64,000 nt of DNA. Source: Thermodesulfobacteriota bacterium. Lineage in GTDB: Bacteria > Desulfobacterota_D > UBA1144 > Nemesobacterales > Nemesobacteraceae. The DNA is taken from NCBI GenBank assembly GCA_965200595.1, contig CBDAUE010000002.1, forward strand, positions 258,896 to 322,895, in the 5' to 3' direction. Made by a program: the position numbers and the translations under genes. Numbering within the stretch: position 1 is the stretch's first letter; the number at the start of each line of letters is the position of its first letter. The notes beneath the pieces are model-generated. The model was not told the DNA's origin and searched no databases. It was given only the letters and a program-made list of their open reading frames with translations. This document shows, piece after piece, positions 1-9,413 of the stretch.

Positions 1-224
1 TTTGCGATACGCACGACGAATTTCAGGTTGGATACGATCAGTTTCCTGGCGGCTTCAAGATCTCCGGTCTCCCTGTGCCTCATGGCAAGTTCGTACTCTT
101 CTTCCCTGCTGAGAACAGGGTAGTCCCTGATCTGCGCCAGATAGTTTTGCAGGGAATTTGAAGGTACGGGAAGAGATGAATTTATTTTCTCCTGTTTATG
201 TTTTTCTTCTCTATTTTCTGCCAT
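1..224 (-). CDS. RNA polymerase sigma-70 family sigma factor (RpoH/RpoD-like), N-terminal part only; the gene continues beyond the window start
   Basis: Reverse-complement of 1-224 translates MAENREEKHKQEKINSSLPVPSNSLQNYLAQIRDYPVLSREEEYELAMRHRETGDLEAARKLIVSNLKFVVRIAK. This is the region 1.2/2.1 signature of sigma-70 family factors (L..Y...I...P.L..EEE..L....GD..A...L..SNLR.VV.IA). ATG at 224-222. Confidence 0.6.
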   Translation of the reverse strand, partial: MAENREEKHKQEKINSSLPVPSNSLQNYLAQIRDYPVLSREEEYELAMRHRETGDLEAARKLIVSNLKFVVRIA

Positions 225-244
225 TTCACTCGGGATCAGGGTTG

Positions 245-272
245 TTGACTGTTTTTCTTATCTATATAAAAT
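245..272 (+). promoter_or_regulatory. Candidate sigma-70 promoter for tRNA-Asn: -35 TTGACT (245-250), 16-nt spacer, -10 TAAAAT (267-272)
   Basis: Near-consensus hexamers with good spacing, about 37 nt upstream of the mature tRNA 5' end. Confidence 0.35.
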
Positions 273-308
273 TAACTACTCCTTAGGGTTTTTCCTATTT
301 TCCGAAGT

Positions 309-384
309 TCCGGCGTAGCTCAGTTGGCAGAGCAGATGACTGTTAATCATCGGGTCGCAGGTTCGAGCCCTGCCGCCGGAGCCA
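309..384 (+). tRNA. tRNA-Asn (anticodon GTT)
   Basis: Cloverleaf by eye: acceptor TCCGGCG/CGCCGGA; D-arm TAGCTCAGTTGGCAGAGCA; anticodon stem GATGA/TCATC with loop CTGTTAA (GTT); T-arm GCAGG TTCGAGC CCTGC; 3' GCCA encoded. Confidence 0.9.
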
Positions 385-599
385 ATTTCCCGCCCGTCTA
401 GCTTAATTTGAGAAAATGAGTTCCGGCGGTTTTTATAAAAACTGTCGTTTGCTTATCGTCGTGCCAGAAGCCGTGGACAGCTATAGGTTCTTTTTGAATT
501 AGTCTGAAGAAATTGCTAAGCAGTTTCCCGTCAGGCAAAGTCTTCAATCCAGGTGATTTGCTTCAGTGCGAACGGTATCCATGTGCTGGGCGGGGCTGC

Positions 600-962
600 C
601 TAGATTAGATAGTAGATCAGCATGAACAGGTATCGCATGTTCGGGCTTGAGTTGTGAGTCTCAAGCCTTGCCGAAAGATCCCCTATGCCGCCGAAAAATG
701 AGTCATTATATACTTCCGCCACTCTTTTGAACTCATCGAACTTGATAAGCGGCGGTTCGCGGACAGCAAGCGGCCTCACGTTTTTCTCTGCAGAAGTTAT
801 CCTGATTCCCTCACCTTCCGTGGTGGCAAGAAACCACCGCTGGGAGTCTTCAAGCATGAGTTCTATGCCGCCTTCTGTTTTCTGTCTGAGAATTTCCCAC
901 TCTTTTTCTTTGGATTCGCTGAAAGGTATTTTTCTGTCTGCAAGCATTTTTCTCCCCGGCAA
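600..962 (-). CDS. Hypothetical small protein downstream of uvrA on the same strand
   Basis: 120-aa ORF co-directional with uvrA; no family recognised; the C-terminus looks odd (…NMRYLFMLIYYLI) and overlaps a hairpin at about 644-667. Confidence 0.3.
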   Translation of the reverse strand: MPGRKMLADRKIPFSESKEKEWEILRQKTEGGIELMLEDSQRWFLATTEGEGIRITSAEKNVRPLAVREPPLIKFDEFKRVAEVYNDSFFGGIGDLSARLETHNSSPNMRYLFMLIYYLI

Positions 963-1014
963 GACTGTTTTTAATACTCTATTCTACCCCATGCCGAAAA
1001 AATATATAACCCGC

Positions 1015-3762
1015 CTAACCGAGAAGCGGCCTTAAGTGCTTTGCGGTGTGAGAGTTTTTTGCCGAAGCAACCTGCTCAGGAGTGCCGGAGGCCACTATGC
1101 GTCCACCGCCGTCTCCCCCTTCAGGTCCGAGGTCGACTACATAATCCGCGCATTTTATCATCTCAAGGTTGTGCTCTATGACTATTACGCTGCTGCCGGC
1201 GTCAACAAGTCTGTTTAGAACTTCAAGGAGTTTTTTTATGTCGTCGATGTGAAGTCCGACCGTGGGTTCGTCAAGTATGTAGAGGATGTTGTTTTTTTCT
1301 TTTTTCGACAGTTCTCTGGCTATCTTTATTCTCTGCGCCTCTCCTCCCGAGAGCGTCGTTGCGAGTTGTCCGAGTCTGAGGTAGCCGCATCCGACATCCG
1401 CAAGAACCTTGAGTTTTTTTGTAACAACCGGGTTTTCCGAGAAAAAAGTCATTGCCTGATCGACTGAGAGGCCGAGTATGTCGTCTATGTTTTTTCCTTT
1501 GTATCTGTAGGCCAGAACCTCTTTTCCAAACCTCTTTCCTTCGCATTCCTCGCAAGTCACCGTCACGTCGGCTAAAAAATGCATTTCGACCCTGTGGCTT
1601 CCCTCACCCATACATTTCTCGCAGCGGCCTCCCCTTACGTTGAAGGAAAAATGTGAAGGGGTGAGCTTGCGCAGCTTCGCCTGGTAGTGTCCGGCAAGGA
1701 TTTTGCGTATGCTGTCGTAAACCTTTATATAGGTGACGGGGTTTGACCTTGAGGTTCTTCCTATTCCCGTCTGGTCAAGAATTATCACGTCGTCTATATG
1801 CTCTGCGCCTTCTATGCGTTTGTGTTTTCCGACCCTCTCGGCTTTCCTTCTGAATTTTCTTAGAAGGGCGTTGTACAGTATTTCATTTACAAGCGAGCTT
1901 TTCCCCGAACCCGATACCCCTGTTACGCACGTAAGAGTTTTTAAGGGAAAGCTAACGTCTATGTTCTTGAGGTTGTTTTCGCTCGCGCCGATCACGTCTA
2001 TTGAATTGCCGGCGGTCTTTCTTCGGAAACCGGGAACTTCTATTTCCTTTTCATTTGCCAGGTATTTTTTCGTGGTCGAGTTTTTTGCCGAACGCAGAAA
2101 GCTCTTCAGGGTTCCCTGATACACAATCTCTCCCCCGCCGTCTCCCGCCCGGGGACCGAGCTCCACTATGTAGTCAGCTGACTTTACGGTGTCAAGATCG
2201 TGCTCTATGAGTATTATGGTGTTGTTTCTTCCCCGCAGTTCTCTTATCAGCCCGTTTAGCCGGCTCATATCCCTTGGGTGCAGACCGATCGAGGGCTCGT
2301 CCAGGATATACAGGGTCTCGGTAAGCCGCGAACTCATCTGACAGGCAAGATTTATCCTCTGCGCTTCTCCGCCCGAAAGAGTGCGGGTGAGTCTTGAAAG
2401 GGTAAGGTAGTCAAGTCCCACGTGGGCAAGAAAATCAAGCCGCGAGTTTATCTCCTTTGTTATGTCAGAAGCAATCTCAAGTTCATAGGCGGACAGGTCC
2501 AGGCGGTCAAACCAGAGTTTAAGATCCTTTACGGATATCCGAGAGAGATCGAATATGCTTTTTCCTTCTATCAGCACGTTAAGGGCTTTTTGCTTAAGCC
2601 TGCTTCCCCCGCAGTCTTCGCAGGTAAAGGCAGAGCGGTATCTTGAGAGAAAAACCCTTATGTGGGTTTTGTAGTTTTTCCGCTCAAGCGCCTTGAAGTA
2701 TCCCCGCACTCCGCGGTAGTCCCCGTTTCCGTTCAGCACAAGTTCCCTTTGTCTTTCTGTGAGCTGCGCAAAGGGCTTTTCTATGTCTATTCCCGCATCC
2801 TCGGCGAAGCCGAGCAGCTTTGTCATCTGCTTTCTGTAGGAAGTTTTCGTGAACGGTTCCACGGCTCCTTCGGCGAGACTGAGACCGGGGTCCGGAACGA
2901 GCAGTTCGGGATCGGTTTCGAGGTTTCTTCCGAATCCGCTGCATTGCTCGCAGGCCCCGTAGGGGCTGTTAAAGGAAAAGGTGTTCGGGGTGGGTTTTTC
3001 AAACGCAATGTCGCAGAGATCGCAGCGAAGCTGTTTTGAAAAACGCAGGCTTTGTCCCGAGACGAGGTGTACAAATGCCCAGTCGCTTTCGGAAAAAGCA
3101 GCCTCGAGCGCTTCTGTGACCCTCGATTTTGACCGCTCGCCTAAAGTGGTTCTCGCTGTGACTATCTGAGCTGCCGAGTCGGTATCCCCGATGCTTTTTT
3201 CAATATCCCGGGTCTTTCCGTCCCTGTAGGTGCGCGAGTAGCCTTTTTTCATGTATTCTGAAAGGTCGGCTCTGTGTTCGGTCTCAAAGCAGATAACCGC
3301 TTTTTTCCCCGCAAATCTGTCCAGCAGCAGCCGGGCAAGAGACTGGGCGGAATGTTCCGTCACTTCCTCTTTGCATGCCGGGCAGCGGGTTTTTCCGATT
3401 TTTGCGAACAGAAGTCTCATGTAGTCGTATATTTCGGTTGTGGTGCCTACAGTTGAGCGGGAATTTATTACGCTGTTTCGGCTCTCAATGGCTATCGGGG
3501 CCGGAAGACCTTCTATGTCGTCCATACAGGGGCGTTCAACTTTTTCTATAAACTGTCTTGCGTAAGTTGAAAGGCAGTCGATGTACCTTCTGAGTCCTTC
3601 TTTGTAAACCGTGTCAAGCACGAGGGATGACTTGCCCGAACCGCTAAGACCGGTCACCACAGTAAACCTGTTGCGGGGAATACGGACATCTATACTCTTT
3701 AGGTTGTTTTCCCTCGCGCCCCTTATTTCTATGTATTCGTTTCGTTTAGCTGTTTTTGCCAT
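1015..3762 (-). CDS. uvrA: Excinuclease ABC subunit A (UvrA)
   Basis: 915 aa; two ABC ATPase modules (GLSGSGKSSL / GVSGSGKSSL Walker A; LSGGEAQR signatures twice); zinc-finger Cys pairs (CDLCD, CEQC, CEEC); N-terminus MAKTAKRNEYIEIRGAREN is typical of UvrA. Confidence 0.97.
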   Translation of the reverse strand: MAKTAKRNEYIEIRGARENNLKSIDVRIPRNRFTVVTGLSGSGKSSLVLDTVYKEGLRRYIDCLSTYARQFIEKVERPCMDDIEGLPAPIAIESRNSVINSRSTVGTTTEIYDYMRLLFAKIGKTRCPACKEEVTEHSAQSLARLLLDRFAGKKAVICFETEHRADLSEYMKKGYSRTYRDGKTRDIEKSIGDTDSAAQIVTARTTLGERSKSRVTEALEAAFSESDWAFVHLVSGQSLRFSKQLRCDLCDIAFEKPTPNTFSFNSPYGACEQCSGFGRNLETDPELLVPDPGLSLAEGAVEPFTKTSYRKQMTKLLGFAEDAGIDIEKPFAQLTERQRELVLNGNGDYRGVRGYFKALERKNYKTHIRVFLSRYRSAFTCEDCGGSRLKQKALNVLIEGKSIFDLSRISVKDLKLWFDRLDLSAYELEIASDITKEINSRLDFLAHVGLDYLTLSRLTRTLSGGEAQRINLACQMSSRLTETLYILDEPSIGLHPRDMSRLNGLIRELRGRNNTIILIEHDLDTVKSADYIVELGPRAGDGGGEIVYQGTLKSFLRSAKNSTTKKYLANEKEIEVPGFRRKTAGNSIDVIGASENNLKNIDVSFPLKTLTCVTGVSGSGKSSLVNEILYNALLRKFRRKAERVGKHKRIEGAEHIDDVIILDQTGIGRTSRSNPVTYIKVYDSIRKILAGHYQAKLRKLTPSHFSFNVRGGRCEKCMGEGSHRVEMHFLADVTVTCEECEGKRFGKEVLAYRYKGKNIDDILGLSVDQAMTFFSENPVVTKKLKVLADVGCGYLRLGQLATTLSGGEAQRIKIARELSKKEKNNILYILDEPTVGLHIDDIKKLLEVLNRLVDAGSSVIVIEHNLEMIKCADYVVDLGPEGGDGGGRIVASGTPEQVASAKNSHTAKHLRPLLG

Positions 3763-3772
3763 CGGTTTTTCC

Positions 3773-3810
3773 GCCCCGGATTACCGGTCCCGGGGCTTTT
3801 TTTGTTTCTT
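3773..3810 (+). terminator. Intrinsic-terminator-like hairpin plus U-tract on the + strand in the divergent uvrA/glyA intergenic region
   Basis: GCCCCGG (3773-3779) / CCGGGGC (3790-3796) forms a 7-bp GC stem with a 10-nt loop ATTACCGGTC, followed by CTTTTTTTGTTTCTT. No upstream + strand gene ends here. Confidence 0.4.
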
Positions 3811-4025
3811 CGGGCGCATCTGCGGCGAAATTGAGGTTTGCCGGGGCATTCGGTATTCTTCTTTACTAGGGAAGGTGAAATATCCCGTGATTTCTCGCTT
3901 TAACTTTACACAATTATCGAGCGGCTTTTTTTCAGCATGCGGCAGTTTTGCCGGGCCGATGCGCCGAACGGCGCTTGGCGTTTTATGGTCGTTTTCACAA
4001 TACTTTTTTGTTTCGAGGTGAGCAG

Positions 4026-5276
4026 ATGATTCGTCTAAGGACGGTTGATGAGCAGATAGCCGAAGCTATCCGCATGGAAACACAGCGTCAGGAATGGAAG
4101 CTTGAGATGATAGCGTCTGAGAACTACGTGAGCGACGCCGTTATGGAGGCTATGGGATCTGTGCTTACCAACAAGTATGCCGAAGGTCTTCCCGGAAGGC
4201 GTTATTACGGGGGTTGCGAATTCGTTGACGTGGCCGAGAATCTGGCGCGGGAAAGAGCGCTTGAGCTTTTCGGGGCAGAAGCCGTTAATGTGCAGCCGCA
4301 TTCGGGAGCCCAGGCGAACATGGCAGTGTTTTTCTCCGCCCTTAAGCCCGAAGAGACCGTTCTGGGCATGAAACTTGATCACGGAGGACATCTTACCCAC
4401 GGCCACCCCGTTAATTTTTCAGGACGGCTCTACAATGTCGTTGCCTACGGAGTTTCAAAGGAAACGGGGACGATTGATTACGATGAGGTCAGGGATCTTG
4501 CGCTTAAGCACTCCCCCGGACTTATAATCGCGGGCTGGAGCGCTTATCCGAGGGATCTTGACTACGCTAAGTTCAGGAGCATAGCTGATGAGTGCGGAGC
4601 GCTTCTGCTTGCAGATATGGCGCATCCTGCGGGGCTTGTGGTCGCTGGGCTTTACTCTGATCCCGTGCCGCACTGTGATTTCGTTACGACAACCACCCAC
4701 AAGACCCTTCGCGGGCCGCGAGGCGGGATGATAATGATGAAGGAGGAGCACGCAAAAACCGTAAACAGCAGGGTTTTTCCGGGAACCCAGGGTGGTCCTC
4801 TTATGCACGTAATAGCGGCCAAGGCCGTTGCGTTTAAAGAGGCTCTGGGTCCTGAGTTTTTAGAATATCAGCGCCAGACCGTAAAAAATGCAAAGCGTCT
4901 GGGAGAGAATTTAGTAAACGCGGGACTTAAGCTCGTGTCGGGCGGAACCGACAACCATCTGATTCTGGTTGATCTTACAGAAACGGACTTTACCGGACAG
5001 CTTGCCGAGCAGACGCTTGAGCGGGCGGGCATAACGGTCAATAAAAACGCTATTCCCTTCGATCCCCGTCCTCCCATGGTAACAAGCGGTGTAAGGATCG
5101 GAACTCCCGCGATTACCACAAGAGGGATGAAGGAACCGGAAATCGATGTGATATCGGGTCTCATCATGGAAGCTCTTGACAATCATGACAACGAAGGGGT
5201 TCTCGACAGGATAAAGCAGGACGTAAAGGAGCTGTGCCTCAGTTTTCCCGTCTACGGACACAGACTCGGCGAATGA
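4026..5276 (+). CDS. glyA: Serine hydroxymethyltransferase (GlyA)
   Basis: [36 protein letters not shown]…; PLP lysine context [13 protein letters not shown]; 416 aa from the ATG at 4026 (the ORF-track start at 3948 is probably too far upstream). Confidence 0.95.
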   Translation: MIRLRTVDEQIAEAIRMETQRQEWKLEMIASENYVSDAVMEAMGSVLTNKYAEGLPGRRYYGGCEFVDVAENLARERALELFGAEAVNVQPHSGAQANMAVFFSALKPEETVLGMKLDHGGHLTHGHPVNFSGRLYNVVAYGVSKETGTIDYDEVRDLALKHSPGLIIAGWSAYPRDLDYAKFRSIADECGALLLADMAHPAGLVVAGLYSDPVPHCDFVTTTTHKTLRGPRGGMIMMKEEHAKTVNSRVFPGTQGGPLMHVIAAKAVAFKEALGPEFLEYQRQTVKNAKRLGENLVNAGLKLVSGGTDNHLILVDLTETDFTGQLAEQTLERAGITVNKNAIPFDPRPPMVTSGVRIGTPAITTRGMKEPEIDVISGLIMEALDNHDNEGVLDRIKQDVKELCLSFPVYGHRLGE

Positions 5277-5279
5277 GAA

Positions 5280-5738
5280 ATGAAGTGTCCTTTCTGCAAA
5301 TCTGACGATACAAGGGTAGTTGATTCAAGAGAAGGAAAAGACGGTCTTTCCGTAAGGAGGCGCAGGGAGTGCAACGACTGTCAGGAAAGATTCACCACCT
5401 ACGAGAGAGTTCACCACGCAGAGGTTATAGTGGTGAAAAAAGACGGCCGCAGAGAAGAGTTTGACCGCAACAAGATAATAGCCGGAATGCGCAAGGCCTG
5501 CGAGAAAAGACCGGTAAGCACCGAGGTCATAGAGGATTTCGTCTCCGGTCTTGAAAAGGAGCTTCTCGAGAGGGGGGAGCGGGAAATATCAAGCGAAGAT
5601 ATAGGCAAAAGGCTTGTAGACAAGCTTTATGATATCGATCAGGTCGCGTACGTGAGGTTCGCTTCGGTGTACAGGTCGTTTAAGGACGTAAACGAGTTTT
5701 TAAACGAAGTAACCGGTCTTCTTAAGGAGAAGAAGTAA
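5280..5738 (+). CDS. nrdR: Transcriptional repressor NrdR
   Basis: MKCPFCKSDDTRVVDSRE… zinc ribbon plus ATP-cone; 152 aa. Confidence 0.93.
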   Translation: MKCPFCKSDDTRVVDSREGKDGLSVRRRRECNDCQERFTTYERVHHAEVIVVKKDGRREEFDRNKIIAGMRKACEKRPVSTEVIEDFVSGLEKELLERGEREISSEDIGKRLVDKLYDIDQVAYVRFASVYRSFKDVNEFLNEVTGLLKEKK

Positions 5739-5743
5739 GCCGC

Positions 5744-6526
5744 ATGCTGGTTGATTCTCACGCCCATCTGCTCAGCATTGAAGACCCCGAGGGTGCCGTC
5801 TCGAGGGCTTCTGCCGAGGGAGTAGGGAAGATCATATCCATCGGTACGGGAATTGAGTCATCCCTTGCCACCATTGAATTTTCAAGAAAATACAGGGGAG
5901 TTTACGTGTCGGTCGGAGTGCATCCGCACTCCGCATCGGATTTCAGTGAGCAGGTGATGCGGGAGTTTGATGCAATGGCCGAAGATCCCAGGGTGGTGGC
6001 GATCGGAGAGACCGGCCTTGACTATCACTACATGAGTTCTCCCAGAGAAGATCAGATAAGGTCGTTTGAAGCGCATATTGAGCTTGCAGGGAGGCACGGA
6101 CTTCCTTTTGTGGTTCACGCAAGGGATGCGGATGAGGAGCTGCTTTCGATCCTGCGTAGCGCCGATCTCAGCTCGAAACCTGGAGTCATTCACTGTTTTT
6201 CCGGGGATTACGAGACGGCCAGAAAATATCTTGATCTCGGGTTTTTTATTTCCTTTTCGGGCATAGCGACTTTTAAAAGAGCGGAGGAGGTAAGGGATGC
6301 GGCGGCAAAAATTCCGATCGACAGGCTTTTATACGAAACGGATTCTCCCTACCTGGCGCCGGTGCCCCGCAGGGGAAAACCGAACGAACCTTGCAATGTG
6401 GTCTATGTGGCAAGGCTTCTCTCGGAGCTTAGGGGACTGTCTTTTGAGCAGTTCACCGAGAGCGTTTTTGAAAATGTGCTGGAGCTTTTCCCGAAAGTGT
6501 CCGGCGACAGAGAAGGTCTTATCTAA
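5744..6526 (+). CDS. tatD: TatD-family metal-dependent hydrolase (DNase)
   Basis: MLVDSHAHL… GETGLDYHY…; 260 aa. Confidence 0.9.
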   Translation: MLVDSHAHLLSIEDPEGAVSRASAEGVGKIISIGTGIESSLATIEFSRKYRGVYVSVGVHPHSASDFSEQVMREFDAMAEDPRVVAIGETGLDYHYMSSPREDQIRSFEAHIELAGRHGLPFVVHARDADEELLSILRSADLSSKPGVIHCFSGDYETARKYLDLGFFISFSGIATFKRAEEVRDAAAKIPIDRLLYETDSPYLAPVPRRGKPNEPCNVVYVARLLSELRGLSFEQFTESVFENVLELFPKVSGDREGLI

Positions 6527-6552
6527 CTGAAGGGAGATCAGAAGGAGTTTTT

Positions 6553-7503
6553 ATGAGCGGAAAATCAAAAATAGCCTTGACGATGGGAGATCCGAACGGG
6601 ATAGGTCCCGAAGTGTGCATAAGGGCTTTTTACGACGGTTTCTTTGAAGACATATACGATATTGTGTTTATCGGAAGCGAGCAGGTGCTCGGCAGGGCTA
6701 ACGATGAGTTCGGAAAGGGCGGTCCTCTGTCGATTATAGATCCGACGGATTTTTCCCTGGGGGATATCGAAGCGGGTGTCATGTCCGAAAAAGCGGGCAG
6801 GGCGTCTGTTACCTGCATAGAAAAAGCCGTGGCAATGGCCCTTGCCGGAGAGGTTGACGCTGTGGTTACGGCCCCAATAAGCAAAAAATCAATACACATG
6901 GCGGGTTCTCCTTATCCGGGACACACGGAGATGCTTATGGATCTTACGGGAGCTGAGAACGTCGTGATGCTTTTTGAAGGAACAAGATTCCGGGTTGTGC
7001 CCGTTACGATACATGTTCCGCTTCGCGAAGTTCCGGACATGATTACGGAACAAAGCGTTTATGTTACCGTTTCCATATCCGCCCGGGAGCTGAAGGAAAG
7101 ATTCGGCGTCAAAGATCCCAAGATAGTTGTCTGCGGACTCAACCCGCACGCAGGAGAGTCTGGGTCTTTCGGAAACGAGGAGCAGGAGCATATAATTCCT
7201 GCTCTTGAGAATGCAAGAGCCGAAGGAATATCGGTCGAGGGACCCCTTCCGGCGGATACCCTTTTCTACGATGCTCTTCGCGGCAAGTGGGACCTTGTGG
7301 TCGCCATGTACCACGACCAGGGTTTTGTGCCCTTCAAGATGCTTTCTTTTGATACCGGGGTCAACGTCACCCTGGGGTTGCCTATACTGCGGACTTCTCC
7401 TGACCATGGAACCGCTTTTGACATAGCGTGGAAAGGGGCAGCTCGGCCCGAGAGTATGATCCAGGCGATAAAAGTAGCCATGGAGATATGCGACGTAAGG
7501 TAG
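6553..7503 (+). CDS. pdxA: 4-hydroxythreonine-4-phosphate dehydrogenase (PdxA)
   Basis: LTMGDPNGIGPEV…; 316 aa; PdxA family size and motifs. Confidence 0.9.
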   Translation: MSGKSKIALTMGDPNGIGPEVCIRAFYDGFFEDIYDIVFIGSEQVLGRANDEFGKGGPLSIIDPTDFSLGDIEAGVMSEKAGRASVTCIEKAVAMALAGEVDAVVTAPISKKSIHMAGSPYPGHTEMLMDLTGAENVVMLFEGTRFRVVPVTIHVPLREVPDMITEQSVYVTVSISARELKERFGVKDPKIVVCGLNPHAGESGSFGNEEQEHIIPALENARAEGISVEGPLPADTLFYDALRGKWDLVVAMYHDQGFVPFKMLSFDTGVNVTLGLPILRTSPDHGTAFDIAWKGAARPESMIQAIKVAMEICDVR

Positions 7504-7592
7504 TAAAGCACAAAGAGAAGTGGACCCCAAAAACTGGACAGGGTCTTAAGTGTATTTTCTTGGTATTCTAAAGAGTATACAGGAGGTACATA

Positions 7593-7883
7593 ATGAAGAG
7601 TAAAAGACGTAATCATTCACCGCAGTTCAAGGCAAAGGTAGCGGTGCGGCGATAAAAGAAGACAAGACAGTAGCGGAGCTTGCCCGGCAGTTTGAAGTTC
7701 ATCCCAATCAGATAAGCACGTGGGAGAAGCAGGCGCTTGACAGCCTTGCGGACAAAGTGTTCGCCAAGGGAGGGGACGGCAAGGCAGGGGGCGGGGGGGG
7801 GGAAGTACGTAAACCAGCTTGAATCCAAAGTGGGCCAGCTGACCCTGGAGAACGATTTTTTATCAAAGGCACTCGGTCGCTAG
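7593..7883 (+). pseudogene. IS3-family transposase OrfA, disrupted (1-nt deletion near 7655 relative to copy 2; G10 homopolymer at about 7790-7800 shifts the frame again)
   Basis: Compared with the copy-2 orfA 5' part ([42 protein letters not shown]), copy 1 reads [20 protein letters not shown] and then continues out of frame. Confidence 0.8.
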
Positions 7884-7903
7884 ATCGGGAGCGGTGCAAG
7901 AAG

Positions 7904-8225
7904 TTGGCAGTGCGCGGCCGGGCACTTTCTTTGGTAAGGAAGTGTGAGCTGCTGGATATAAATCGCTCAAATATTTACTACACACCTGTGGGGATATCCC
8001 CGCAGGACGAAGAGATTATGAAGAAGATCGACAGGATCTGTATGAAGTATCCGTTTAAGGGTTCAAGAAGGATGGTGTACGCCCTTAAGGCGCAGGGCTT
8101 ACAAGCGGGCAGAAAGCGTGTTATGAAGCTCATGAGGCTTATGGGGATACGGGGGCTTGCCCCCGGTCCCCAGACCACGAAGAAAGGGGGTGCGGAGCAC
8201 AGGATATACCCGTATCTGCTTAGGA
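7904..8225 (+). pseudogene. IS3-family transposase OrfB, N-terminal fragment (TTG start in the ORF track; integrase core domain missing)
   Basis: …RKCELLDINRSNIYY…IDRICMKYPFKGSRRMVYALKAQGLQAGRKRVMKLMRLMGI…HRIYPYLL, then similarity to copy 2 stops at 8225. Confidence 0.8.
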
Positions 8226-9112
8226 GAAAGACAGAGGTGGTCCCCTTTTTTAGACAGCATTTTTGTTTTCTTAAGTGTATTTCCACCAGCGCATAAACAT
8301 CTTTAAAACTCCCAAAACCATAAACTCTCTGCTCTGTTTGTCTCATTGCTTCAAGCCACATTCTTCTGTGCTGTCCCAAGACCATAGTAAACCTCATCCG
8401 GTGTTTTCATTCCAAGCCCCTGATGTGGTCTTTTTTCATTGTAAAAATCTATCCACTTCCCTATACCTGCCTTTGCCGAGGCAACGGATTCATATGCCAT
8501 CAGATACACTTCCTCGTACTTAACGCTTCTCCAAAGCCTCTCCACAAAAACATTGTCTCTCCAGCTTCCCTTGCCGTCCATGCTTATCTTTATATCTCTG
8601 TCTTTAAGAACTCCCGTAAACTCTTCACTTGTGAACTGGCTTCCTTGATCGGTGTTGAATATCTCGGGCTTATCATACTTGTAAAGCGCTTCTTCCAGAG
8701 CCTCCACGCAAAAACTGCTGTCCATTGTGTTAGACACTCTCCAGCTAAGAACCTTGCGCGAGTGCCAGTCCATTACCGCACACAGATACACAAAACCCCT
8801 GCTCATCTCTATATACGTTATGTCTGCCGCCCATACCTGCCCGGGAAGCTCTACAGTCTTCCCCCGCAGCAGATACGGGTATATCCTGTGCTCTGCATGC
8901 TTATCTGATTGGGATGAACCTCAAACTGCCGGGCAAGCTCCGCTACTGTCTTGTCTCCTTTTACCGCCAAAAACGCTACCTTTGCCTTGAACTGCGGTGA
9001 ATGATTACGTCTTTTACTCTTCATTATGTACCTCCTGTATACTCTTTTAGAATACCAAGGAAATACACTTAAGGTGCTGTCTGATTTTTGGGGTCCACTT
9101 CTGCTTGTTTGT
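8226..9112 (-). mobile_element. IS3-family element, copy 2 (inverted relative to copy 1): IRL + first 42 codons of orfA, an internal deletion of about 450 bp, then orfB from HRIYPYLL to the stop, and the IRR
   Basis: IRL at about 9062-9112 (revcomp CACAAACAAGCAGAAGTGGACCCCAAAAATCAGACAGCACCTTAAGTGTATTT); IRR at about 8226-8290 (GGAAATACACTTAAG…GCTGTCTAAAAAAGGGGACCACCTCTGTC); deletion junction at 8897/8898. Confidence 0.85.
8351..8897 (-). pseudogene. IS3-family transposase OrfB, C-terminal DDE integrase-core portion (no start of its own; fused in frame to the orfA 5' remnant 8898-9024)
   Basis: HRIYPYLLRGKTVELPGQVWAADITYIEMSRGFVYLCAVMDWHSRKVLSWRVS…FNTDQGSQFTS…ERLWRSVKYEEVY…KRPHQGLG. Classic IS3 OrfB rve motifs. 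Confidence 0.85.
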
Positions 9113-9413
9113 GACTGAAGTTATATTTATATTAATAGTGTTACTGTTTTTTTCCTTTCAAGCTAATGCCCAGTATAGAGATGCAGACCTCCAGGGCCGG
9201 GATTTTTCCAATCAGAATTTAAGTGGGGCAGATTTTAGAAGAGCGGATTTAAGAGATGCAATCTTAAGTCATGCAAACTTAAGCCGTGCGGATTTAACAG
9301 GGGCAAAGTTGTTTCTTGCGAACTTATCAGGAGCAGACTTAACAGGTGCGGAATTTTTCAATGCGAGCTTAACAGGTATGAAATTAAAGGGAACAATTTT
9401 AGAGAAACGATAG
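9105..9413 (+). CDS. Secreted pentapeptide-repeat protein
   Basis: Signal peptide MFVTEVIFILIVLLFFSFQANA, then tandem A(D/N)L(S/T)GA(D/K/E)(L/F) pentapeptide repeats; TTG start at 9105 lies inside the IS IRL region. Confidence 0.7.
   Translation: MFVTEVIFILIVLLFFSFQANAQYRDADLQGRDFSNQNLSGADFRRADLRDAILSHANLSRADLTGAKLFLANLSGADLTGAEFFNASLTGMKLKGTILEKR

Larger units (their letters stand above)
7508..8225 (+). mobile_element. IS3-family element, copy 1: IRL + orfA (frameshifted) + N-terminal 107 codons of orfB, truncated at 8225 where it abuts the outer end of copy 2
   Basis: IRL CACAAAGAGAAGTGGACCCCAAAAACTGGACAGGGTCTTAAGTGTATTT (about 7508-7560); SD AGGAGG then ATG at 7593; OrfA HTH ([14 protein letters not shown]) and leucine zipper ([19 protein letters not shown]); OrfB N-terminus (YPFKGSRRMVYALKAQG…HRIYPYLL). 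Confidence 0.85.

Noticed and set aside
685-1035. 116-aa ORF antisense to the 600-962 ORF and overlapping the uvrA 3' end
   Set aside because: It lies fully antisense to other coding sequence, has no motif, and has low-complexity composition, so it is most likely a spurious shadow ORF.
3763-4025. Searched the uvrA/glyA divergent region for LexA/SOS boxes (CTGT-N8-ACAG, GAAC-N4-GTTC)
   Set aside because: No convincing match was seen by eye.
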